A stretch of DNA of 50,525 nucleotides from a virus (Duplodnaviria > Caudoviricetes), in IMG/VR virus record IMGVR_UViG_3300048588_000030, positions 1-50,525 of that record; one strand, written 5' to 3'. This document shows, one piece after another, positions 16,628 to 24,624 of this stretch; position 1 is the first letter of the stretch; every line of letters starts with the position of its first letter. Under the pieces are notes generated by a model. That model was not told the origin of the DNA and ran no database searches. It saw only the letters and a list, made by a program, of their open reading frames with translations. The position numbers were made by a program, and so were the translations under genes.

Positions 16628-17164
16628 ATGCCTAAAGCTAATTATAACGTTCGGGACGGCCTTGCCGTCGGTTATGGTCGTCGTACAGTAGATGATGCGT
16701 TGCCGTCTACGGTGCGCACGGCTGGTGCTGTGAAGCAGCTTATTCTTGAGTTGACTGATCTGACTGCGCTGCCTCTTAATACTGCTGCCGGTACGATTAC
16801 TGCTGGCTCGGTGTCCAATGCTGCGACTATTCCGGCGCTCGCCTCGGTGCAGTCGGTGACGATTATCACCAAGACTGCGGCTACGAGTGATGGTGCGGCT
16901 GACTTGCTGCTTGGTGTGTACACTGTGGGCACCAATGGTGCGCTTACTGCAGTAGACGCTGATGGCCTTGCTGCCGCTGGCGACTCGGCATTGGCCGACT
17001 TCAGTGTAGCAGGAGAGACTGTGGTACTGGGTAAGGCGGCTGGTGCCGAACTTATCGGCAAGGTTACTGTAGGCTCTTCGCCAGTTGTGGTGGCTGCTGC
17101 GTACGCCACTGCCGCTTACACTGCTGGCGCTCTGCAGGTCATCATCGAGTACGTCCCTGCCTAA
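16628..17164 (+). CDS. Capsid decoration or minor virion protein
   Basis: 178 aa, Ala/Thr/Gly-rich; AGGAGG RBS; co-terminated with the capsid gene. Confidence 0.75.
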   Translation: MPKANYNVRDGLAVGYGRRTVDDALPSTVRTAGAVKQLILELTDLTALPLNTAAGTITAGSVSNAATIPALASVQSVTIITKTAATSDGAADLLLGVYTVGTNGALTAVDADGLAAAGDSALADFSVAGETVVLGKAAGAELIGKVTVGSSPVVVAAAYATAAYTAGALQVIIEYVPA

Positions 17165-17178
17165 TACGTGCCTACACT

Positions 17179-17212
17179 GGGGCGGGGCCGAAAGGCCCCG
17201 TTCCTCTTATTT
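17179..17212 (+). terminator. Hairpin terminator after the capsid genes
   Basis: GCGGGGCC-GAAA-GGCCCCGT followed by an imperfect T-rich tail, so probably leaky. Confidence 0.7.
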
Positions 17213-17235
17213 GCTTACCACTGAATGAGGCGCTA

Positions 17236-18990
17236 ATGGCAACGTACCCACCGAATTTTAACGATCAAGGCATCATAGACCTGTGTATAAACTCAGGCTA
17301 TCCTGTGACCGTGGATGGGTTCTATAACGCTATTAATGACGCTACTGGGAACACGAACGGTAGCATTGACGATATATGGAGACTGTACATCACGGATGTA
17401 CTTGGTTATACCTTTGTTGGGCAGCACCCAGCCCATTATGGGCTCTCTTTTGGGGACGGCCTGCCGAGTGGTGGTGTAGCGTTTCCAGAGCTTACAACGG
17501 TCACGTACACCCCCGGGGTGAATACAATAGAGGTAAATGGGATCTGCGGCGTTGACGGGAACTATTACGGTTACGTCACGACAACAACAGCTAATATAAC
17601 TTGGGGCTATAGTGATTTTCTGGATGATGAGGCCATTGGTCACGTTGGTTTCAGAGCCATCAGCATTCGACAAAATGCCTATATTGACTCGGCTACGCTC
17701 ACGCTGAAGTTTGCTGCTGTTGGAGTTAATTGGCCCGGTGGCAAGCTGTACGCAAAGAAGCTGGAACAAAATGCCATTGCTGTTCCTAACGACTCCGGCT
17801 ATGACTGGGTGTCGGGCGGCAAACTGACAACGGCGTATATCCAGATACCTTCAAGCCAGACAGCGACCACGGCCACCTTTGATGCGAAAGAGATATTGCT
17901 GGAGCTGATGGCTGCCGGCTGGGATGAGACAGACCACATTGTCCAATTCGTTTGTGTGGCTGATGCTGCGTGTCCTGACGACACCTATCTCTTAAGCCAC
18001 GACAAGCGCGAATCGACCACGGAGTTTAACCCAGCACTGGAAGTCGTCTATTACGAAAGCGCAAGCAACGCTGAAACCGCAGCCATCACAGATGGCTATG
18101 TCATCAACTATATGCCCGTCAGCGATGCAGACTTGGCAATAGCAAATCGCTTGCGGTTCGTGGTGCAGGACGATGCTGGCAGCCGCGAGGATGGTGTTGT
18201 GCTGGCTGGCGATTACGCGCCCTTCATCTCTACGACCGTCAACGCGCCCAGAAAAACAGTTGCGGTGGCTGGCGAGCTGGCCGAGCTTGATGCTGTTAAC
18301 TGGAATGTGCTGCCGCAGGCTAGATTCTTTGGTCGCAAATACTCCGGACACCCGGAACTGGCACAGGGGGCACTTCTATCCACTCTCAGCTACACCGATG
18401 GTTGGCAGTTCTTACCCAGAAACTATGACTACCTGTGGGCTGCCGCCATTGAGTTCGAGTCTACAGACGTTCTGAACTCTTGGTGGGATGTGTGGAACTA
18501 TAGAGGTTTCGGGGGCACCACATCGCAGTCTGCCATGTTCCTCACAGCAACCGGGACGACACTCGCTGGAATTGCAAATGCGAATGAGGTTGTCCTCGAC
18601 CTCCAAGTTGGCACACGGGTGCAGGTTACCGAGACAGGGATCACTGCTGGAGCAGGCCGCACTTTGAGGATCATGCTGTTTTGGGACCATGTGGCGTCAG
18701 CATGGTACTGGCGTTTGGTTGTCGAAGACGCTGCTGGCGCAGTAATCATCGACCGCAATAACAGCGCATCGGTAGCAAACACATGGGACCCCACATCTAT
18801 GACGGCACAGAACATCGACCGTAGGTGGCTGGTCGGGTTCAGATTGGATGGGGGCGCTCGAATGTTTGGGCACGCGATCATAGAATGGCGTCGGTCTGCT
18901 GCGAACATCTGGGAAGATTCCGCTGACTGGATGACGAAATCGTGGGTGCGCGGGATCAAGTCTCTCGATCCTCGGCTGATGACTCCGTAA
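17236..18990 (+). CDS. Putative virion structural or carbohydrate-binding protein
   Basis: 584 aa, beta-rich, Trp-rich C-terminus, GAGG RBS. Confidence 0.65.
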   Translation: MATYPPNFNDQGIIDLCINSGYPVTVDGFYNAINDATGNTNGSIDDIWRLYITDVLGYTFVGQHPAHYGLSFGDGLPSGGVAFPELTTVTYTPGVNTIEVNGICGVDGNYYGYVTTTTANITWGYSDFLDDEAIGHVGFRAISIRQNAYIDSATLTLKFAAVGVNWPGGKLYAKKLEQNAIAVPNDSGYDWVSGGKLTTAYIQIPSSQTATTATFDAKEILLELMAAGWDETDHIVQFVCVADAACPDDTYLLSHDKRESTTEFNPALEVVYYESASNAETAAITDGYVINYMPVSDADLAIANRLRFVVQDDAGSREDGVVLAGDYAPFISTTVNAPRKTVAVAGELAELDAVNWNVLPQARFFGRKYSGHPELAQGALLSTLSYTDGWQFLPRNYDYLWAAAIEFESTDVLNSWWDVWNYRGFGGTTSQSAMFLTATGTTLAGIANANEVVLDLQVGTRVQVTETGITAGAGRTLRIMLFWDHVASAWYWRLVVEDAAGAVIIDRNNSASVANTWDPTSMTAQNIDRRWLVGFRLDGGARMFGHAIIEWRRSAANIWEDSADWMTKSWVRGIKSLDPRLMTP

Positions 18991-19017
18991 CAACAACCAA
19001 CAACGGAAAACGGTGCA

Positions 19018-19419
19018 ATGGATGAACAGCAGCAAGCCACAACGATCTGGCAGTTGGGGTTGTGGGACGCGGTGGGATGGCTTATCACCCTGCTGGTTAC
19101 TGGGCTGCTTGCCATGATGAAGCGGTCGTGGCGGCAGCTTGAGACCCGGCAGGATGCGCTTGAGGAGTTCTGCAAGGTTGAACACAAGCAGCGCATGGCC
19201 GACCTGACGCAGCACGCGGTTGCTGATTCACGGACGCATGACGACATCCGGCGGGAACTGGCTGATGAACTGAAGCAGGTGAACGCCAAGATAGACGGCA
19301 ACAACGACAAGTCTGTTACCCGGTTTGAAGCACTCAGCCTGCAAATGACCACGCAGCATGAGGCGATCACAGCCCGCGTTGACCGGGTGTTGGAACTGAT
19401 GAGAGGGGGTAGAACGTGA
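19018..19419 (+). CDS. Membrane-anchored coiled-coil protein (holin-like?)
   Basis: Single N-terminal TM (AVGWLITLLVTGLLAMM) followed by a coiled coil. Confidence 0.65.
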   Translation: MDEQQQATTIWQLGLWDAVGWLITLLVTGLLAMMKRSWRQLETRQDALEEFCKVEHKQRMADLTQHAVADSRTHDDIRRELADELKQVNAKIDGNNDKSVTRFEALSLQMTTQHEAITARVDRVLELMRGGRT

Positions 19420-21230
19420 GAGCTAAATCTATTGCAGACCATAACCGGGTTGTCCGGCTTGAGGATTGGAACGGGCTGGATTTGACGGGCGGGAATGACT
19501 GCGCTTCGATTTTGAATGCCGCAATGACGCAGGCCGCTGCCGCGAAATACCCGGTTATAGGCCCTTCAGGGACGCTTCTTATTGGGACGAAGGTAACGGC
19601 GTCGGCTCCGCTGATCGGCCCATCATGGCCCCGTGGATCACTCAACGCCGGACTGATTCTGAAGCCCGGCATGACTGACGGAACGGCGGTGCTTGAGTCC
19701 GTGCTGGCGAATGGGTTTCATCTGGAGAATGTTGCTATAGACTCAGGTGCGGAGAATCCAGGTGCGGCTGTGAATGCAGTCGGCATCAAGTTGGGCACGG
19801 TTGGCGGCGGAGGGGCTGACGGCGGAGGAACGGCCTCGCGCTATGGTGTCCTGCGGAATATCCACATTAACGGCCTTGCGAATGCTTACGAGATACAGGG
19901 GTGGTCGAGTCAATTTCAGAATCTGTTTGCGTATAACTGCACGCTAGGGCTGAAAGGCGAGTACCTGAATAACTGCATGATGGATCTTGTGTGCGGCGGC
20001 TGCGTGCAAGGATTTACGCTTGCGAATACTGGCAACATGGTCTTTACCCGCTTTGGGGATGAAGGGGCGTATGGAACCGCTGCTAGTACCATCAACAGCA
20101 GCGAGGATATTGTTTTCACTAGCTATAGAACTGAGCAGGGTGGGCGCGGTGCGGTACCGTGGCTTACGGCAGGGTCGAGTCTCGGGAACACCGTCAGGAA
20201 CCTACGGATTCTATCCGGTGTGTTCGATGACCCGGCAGCGGGCGTTGCGCCTGTTGCGCTTGACTACGTTGATGGGTGGGAGATCAGCGCAAGAATATCC
20301 AATCAAACAACCAACCGCCGCAGCGTGTCCACCACCGTCAACACCAGAAACAACCACAAGTCTGCGCCGCGAATGTACGCGGGTTATCCCTTTGTCCCGC
20401 AGTCGGCTGAAGCGGCAATTACAGATAACCGCAGGGATTTCCAGCGGCCTGTCGAGTTGTTCAACGCCAATCCGTTTATGGATGGTGTGCGGTTTGGGTG
20501 CTACAACTTGGCGGCAGGGGCTTCGACAGGAGCTATCACTCTCACCGAAGATACGACCATATACCGCACGGGTAAGTCCTCATTGAGAATCGAGGCAACG
20601 ACTGGCGGCACGTCACAACGGGCAGAATTCTACTACAACGACCCGTGGGTGCCTGCGCTGGCTGGTCAACTGATTACCTTTGGCGCGTGGATAAAGACCC
20701 CGAACGAAACTGACATCAAGGGCGAGGAGACCGCAGACGGAACTACAATTTACCCAGCTATCACGCTACGAAATGCCGCCGGCACAGTCATAGGCAACTC
20801 GGACAACGGATGGGTGGTGCGGGCTGGGTGGTCGTTCCTGCACTGTACGGCCACGATTCCTGCGGCTGCGACAGAGTTTCGCGCAGAAGTTTGGCTTAAC
20901 CGTGGGGCGAACAACACCGCGATAGGCGATCACATCAACGTGGACTTTATGGGTATCGCTGCTGGCGATGTGTGGGAACAGATATACGAAGGCAACTTCG
21001 TGCAGTCGCAGCTTTGCACTGGGTCATTCCTCGGCGGGCGGGCATTGTGGCGACTTACCCAAGCCGCAGCGGCCACGTTGATTGCCGACACGACTCAGGT
21101 CTACAAAGTCGGCGACACCATCGAGTACACCGATCCCGCTGCGGCTGGTAACAAGGGCATCGTCTGCACTACGGGCGGCGCAGGCGGCACGGCAGTGTTC
21201 AAGGCCTTCGGCGTGATCGAAGCCCCGTAA
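19416..21230 (+). CDS. Tailspike or depolymerase (pectate lyase-like beta-helix plus CBM-like domain)
   Basis: D.TG.ND....NAA cap motif, Asn/Gly beta-helix repeats, C-terminal YKVGD...G.VCT..G..G..FKAFG tailspike motif. Confidence 0.8.
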   Translation: MRAKSIADHNRVVRLEDWNGLDLTGGNDCASILNAAMTQAAAAKYPVIGPSGTLLIGTKVTASAPLIGPSWPRGSLNAGLILKPGMTDGTAVLESVLANGFHLENVAIDSGAENPGAAVNAVGIKLGTVGGGGADGGGTASRYGVLRNIHINGLANAYEIQGWSSQFQNLFAYNCTLGLKGEYLNNCMMDLVCGGCVQGFTLANTGNMVFTRFGDEGAYGTAASTINSSEDIVFTSYRTEQGGRGAVPWLTAGSSLGNTVRNLRILSGVFDDPAAGVAPVALDYVDGWEISARISNQTTNRRSVSTTVNTRNNHKSAPRMYAGYPFVPQSAEAAITDNRRDFQRPVELFNANPFMDGVRFGCYNLAAGASTGAITLTEDTTIYRTGKSSLRIEATTGGTSQRAEFYYNDPWVPALAGQLITFGAWIKTPNETDIKGEETADGTTIYPAITLRNAAGTVIGNSDNGWVVRAGWSFLHCTATIPAAATEFRAEVWLNRGANNTAIGDHINVDFMGIAAGDVWEQIYEGNFVQSQLCTGSFLGGRALWRLTQAAAATLIADTTQVYKVGDTIEYTDPAAAGNKGIVCTTGGAGGTAVFKAFGVIEAP

Positions 21231-22342
21231 TGTCCAACACCATACTGGACTCCCACCTGCCCAGCACCAGCAACACGATCCTGGTGTCGCACGGCTTCCC
21301 GTCTGCTGAGTCATACAGCAACGGGATCATTGCGAGCTATGGGGCTGAGTACACGGGGGGCGGGAGTCCTGACACGACGCCAGCCGACTTCAATTTCGGC
21401 ACGAACCCGACAGGGCTTGCGCTCGGCGCCGGAACGCAGACATCTGATGCCGCCACAATCACTGACATCACCGCTGCTTCAGCGTTCACCTTCACCGGCA
21501 CTGATGGCTCGTGCGAGTGGCGGAAGTACACGTCTGGCGCGTGGGGCAGTTGGAGTTCGGCGGGTAGCGGGTCTTGCATCAACAACGACCAGCTACAGCT
21601 TCGCCATACCGCGGGCACCGGCTATTCGCAGACGGTCAGCGGGACGATCACGTTCACGTCTGGGTCGGTCTCAGCGACTTTCTCGTCTACGACTATTGCT
21701 GACCCGGCGGGTATCAACCTGACCCACGGCTCAGAGTTCACGATCACCGGCAGCGGGTTCGGGACGAAGCCTGCGCAGACGCCGACATTCTACTGGGGTG
21801 GTGATGGCTCGACGCCGACGTGGGATGAAGTGCAGGGCGTGAGTCTCGGTTACCAGAACTCCGGCTGGCGGGCATCAACACCTCATGCACGTATCGCCAG
21901 GTATGCCGTTGGCAAGCGAGCTTCCTCCGATACGCCGCCGTATAACGTTGTGCGATCTGTCAAATTCCCTGTGTCGGCGGTGCCGGCAGAGGTCTACGCC
22001 TCATTCTACGTTCGGCTGGATTCGGCGTGGGATACCTCACAGTACGGCGATCCGGATCACCAGATGAAGCCATGCACGATCCAGTGGAACGAATTGGATT
22101 ACCTAAACGGCACGGACTACATCTACCACGGGGTTGCCGGTGTGCTCGCAACCGGGAATCTTACCGGCGATGGCTGGCGATACAGCTCTGCACCATCCGG
22201 CGGGAGCATTTGGGGCGAGGATGCGACTAATCCGGTGCAGGGGTGGGTTCGGTTGGAGTTTATCGGGCGTTTCGCTACCGATGGCTACCTACGCTTGTTC
22301 GAGACAACAAGCGTCGGCGGGCGGGGCGTACTGAAGCCCTGA
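21230..22342 (+). CDS. Putative virion or receptor-binding protein, N-terminal part (frameshifted)
   Basis: Ser/Thr/Gly-rich Ig-like segments including TITGSGFGTK; ends just after a G-rich run. Confidence 0.7.
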   Translation: MSNTILDSHLPSTSNTILVSHGFPSAESYSNGIIASYGAEYTGGGSPDTTPADFNFGTNPTGLALGAGTQTSDAATITDITAASAFTFTGTDGSCEWRKYTSGAWGSWSSAGSGSCINNDQLQLRHTAGTGYSQTVSGTITFTSGSVSATFSSTTIADPAGINLTHGSEFTITGSGFGTKPAQTPTFYWGGDGSTPTWDEVQGVSLGYQNSGWRASTPHARIARYAVGKRASSDTPPYNVVRSVKFPVSAVPAEVYASFYVRLDSAWDTSQYGDPDHQMKPCTIQWNELDYLNGTDYIYHGVAGVLATGNLTGDGWRYSSAPSGGSIWGEDATNPVQGWVRLEFIGRFATDGYLRLFETTSVGGRGVLKP

Positions 22343-22680
22343 ATGATGATGGCGATACCCGGTTTGATGGTGTAAACGCCCCGGCTGGTGGGTATGCAAG
22401 TTTCCATTTCGGTGGCTATATCCGTGACTGGGATACAGGAAATAATTGGCAGTATATAACTGATGTTTTCCTCGATGTCGGTACAACTCGCGTAGTCCTC
22501 GGCAACGCCAACACGCTTGCCGCCTGCACGATGCTGGAGCCGCAGCCGTACACAGCGTGGAGCGCGTCGTCCATTACGATCACTGCCAACGCTGGCGGCA
22601 TCCCGGCGGGCACGGCGACGTTGTATGTACTGACCGGGGCTAACACGATTGTCCAGCAGCAGACGGTGACGATTGCATGA
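22243..22680 (+). CDS. Probable C-terminal part of the preceding gene in the -1 frame
   Basis: Protein-like sequence begins only near 22330 (RTEALNDDG...WSASSITIT); no good start or RBS. Confidence 0.55.
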   Translation: MGSVGVYRAFRYRWLPTLVRDNKRRRAGRTEALNDDGDTRFDGVNAPAGGYASFHFGGYIRDWDTGNNWQYITDVFLDVGTTRVVLGNANTLAACTMLEPQPYTAWSASSITITANAGGIPAGTATLYVLTGANTIVQQQTVTIA

Positions 22681-22725
22681 CCCGCGTTCACGACAAGCTA
22701 GTAACCCTGAACTAACAGAGGGCTT

Positions 22726-23136
22726 ATGAGAATTTCCGACCGACAGACAGTAAGACTGAGCCTCACGCTGATGCTGATAGCCGTGCTGGTCATGCTGGCT
22801 GGGAGTGTCTTCGCCCAGACCAAGACGGTTACTTGGGACGCTGCGACCCACTACACAACCGGCGACCCGCTGCCCTATGGCAAGGTCTGGACAGCGGTGA
22901 ATCAGTACGATCTCGGGTGCCCGCCGATTGGGCCGGTAATTGCGGGGCAGGCAAGGATCAGCCTGCCGGGGGTTGAGCAGAAGGCAGTGTTCGAGGTTCC
23001 GGCGGGGACCTGCTCGTGCTTTGAGGCGGTGACGTGGGTATACGGGGACCCAGTGGAGCGGTACATGAGCGCCCCGGTACTGACCGAGGGGTGTAACGCG
23101 GCGGCATCTGGTGGCTGCCATCAGGGGGGGTCATGA
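22726..23136 (+). CDS. Putative exported Cys-containing protein
   Basis: Signal peptide ending SVFA|Q; GAGGG RBS. Confidence 0.6.
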   Translation: MRISDRQTVRLSLTLMLIAVLVMLAGSVFAQTKTVTWDAATHYTTGDPLPYGKVWTAVNQYDLGCPPIGPVIAGQARISLPGVEQKAVFEVPAGTCSCFEAVTWVYGDPVERYMSAPVLTEGCNAAASGGCHQGGS

Positions 23137-23489
23137 GGCAATACATCAAGAATCTGAAGCTCTGGGGCACCGGCTGGTCGAAGTTCGACGAGCTGCAATT
23201 TAAAGCCGGCTGGAGCGGGGATTCGTGGCGCTGGCGACTGCTCTACCTGATCGACCACGGAACGCGCGTCCTGCTCGGCGGGGCGGTCGTCACGTGGAGC
23301 CGGTGGTTTTACGACAACCGTGACAAGTACGGCTGGGCCAAGTTCCTCGACCGGCTGCTGAACCACATTGATAGTGGCCACGGTGCAGATTCCGGACCTG
23401 AACTTTGGGGGTCGAAGGATACTGCTATCGCTCATGTCCTTCCACTGGTAGCACTGGCTGGGCTTGCGTGGGTGCTGTGGGCGCGGTAA
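23133..23489 (+). CDS. Hypothetical Trp-rich membrane protein
   Basis: 118 aa, C-terminal TM, ATGA overlap. Confidence 0.65.
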   Translation: MRQYIKNLKLWGTGWSKFDELQFKAGWSGDSWRWRLLYLIDHGTRVLLGGAVVTWSRWFYDNRDKYGWAKFLDRLLNHIDSGHGADSGPELWGSKDTAIAHVLPLVALAGLAWVLWAR

Positions 23490-23527
23490 CTAGTTCCATA
23501 ATTTAGTATTACCAAGAGTACCGTAAT

Positions 23528-24268
23528 ATGACTACGACAGTTCTGGATATAGTACAAGACATCCTGTCAGCTATTGACTCGGATGAAGTGAATAGTATCG
23601 GAGATACAACCGAAGCGCAATCTGCTACTCGCCTCGTGAAGAACGTCTACGACAATATAGTGGACGAGTACGGCCTCAAGTCTACAGCAGCTCTGTTCCA
23701 ACTTGACGCCACTGGTGTATCCACTCCGAATGTGATGACGCTCCCGGAAGGTGCCCATTCTATCAAGTGGATCAAGTACGACATATCCTCCCCTACTGAT
23801 CCGGCGGACTACGCCACAATGCTGTACACCCCGCCTGATGCGTTTATGGACCACGTGTCCACGCGGTCAGAGGGCACTGACATTGCCATCAGCGGCACTA
23901 TAGTTGTTCGCACTTTAACTGATCGTGCGCCTACTCTGTGGACCACGTTTGACGACAGCGCGATAGTGTTCGACGCGTATAACGTTGCGTACGATACTAC
24001 GCTGCAAACCTCCAAAACCAACTGCTACGGCGAGAGTAAGCCAACCCTTATCCTAGATGATGTGACCCCGATAGCCCTGTCCCCACGGTACATTTCATTA
24101 CTTAAGAACGAGTGCTTGGCTATGGCTCAGGACTTGTGGAAGGATGGAGTGACGCCAAAGGTTGAGCAGCAAGCTCAGAGGGCGAGGGTTAGATCGCAGC
24201 GAACTAAGCACATTGACGCGCAAACCACCACTGTTGTACTGCCCGACTATGGGCGAAAAAGGAGATAA
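23528..24268 (+). CDS. Tail tubular protein A (adaptor)
   Basis: T.LDIVQDILSAIDSDEVNSI N-terminus, P..WTTFDD...FDAY, PDYGR C-terminus. Confidence 0.8.
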   Translation: MTTTVLDIVQDILSAIDSDEVNSIGDTTEAQSATRLVKNVYDNIVDEYGLKSTAALFQLDATGVSTPNVMTLPEGAHSIKWIKYDISSPTDPADYATMLYTPPDAFMDHVSTRSEGTDIAISGTIVVRTLTDRAPTLWTTFDDSAIVFDAYNVAYDTTLQTSKTNCYGESKPTLILDDVTPIALSPRYISLLKNECLAMAQDLWKDGVTPKVEQQAQRARVRSQRTKHIDAQTTTVVLPDYGRKRR

Positions 24269-24624
24269 TGACCATGACCGAGAACGAACTTCTGACCCGT
24301 GAGATTGGACTTGCAGAGAGGGTCGACCCTACCGGAAGGCGCTGGGATGTCGATCTAGAAGTAGGCGGCCAGTCTCTGTATCGTGTCGTTTTGGTTAATG
24401 AAGAGGGTGAGTCTGTTGTCCCGAGGTCGTACCCGGGGGCAGCTCCGGAACTTGCTGGTAGGTGGACTAATCGTACGCGTGGCCTTCAGATCCTTGATAA
24501 TTATCTTACTACTGCTTGGGATCTTTCGGATCGCTCGGGTAAACGCAGTGTACGCGATAAGCACGCAGCTAAGGTCGCGGCACGTGAAGGTACTACTGAG
24601 GAGTTGGATATCATTGCAGCCTAA
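24268..24624 (+). CDS. Hypothetical tail-module protein
   Basis: 118 aa, translationally coupled (TAATG). Confidence 0.7.
   Translation: MTMTENELLTREIGLAERVDPTGRRWDVDLEVGGQSLYRVVLVNEEGESVVPRSYPGAAPELAGRWTNRTRGLQILDNYLTTAWDLSDRSGKRSVRDKHAAKVAAREGTTEELDIIAA

Noticed and set aside
24383-24613. N-terminal extensions in the ORF track (also 11088-11177, 38504-38755, 42786-42875)
   Set aside because: They overlap real upstream genes; downstream starts fit better by RBS or gene packing.
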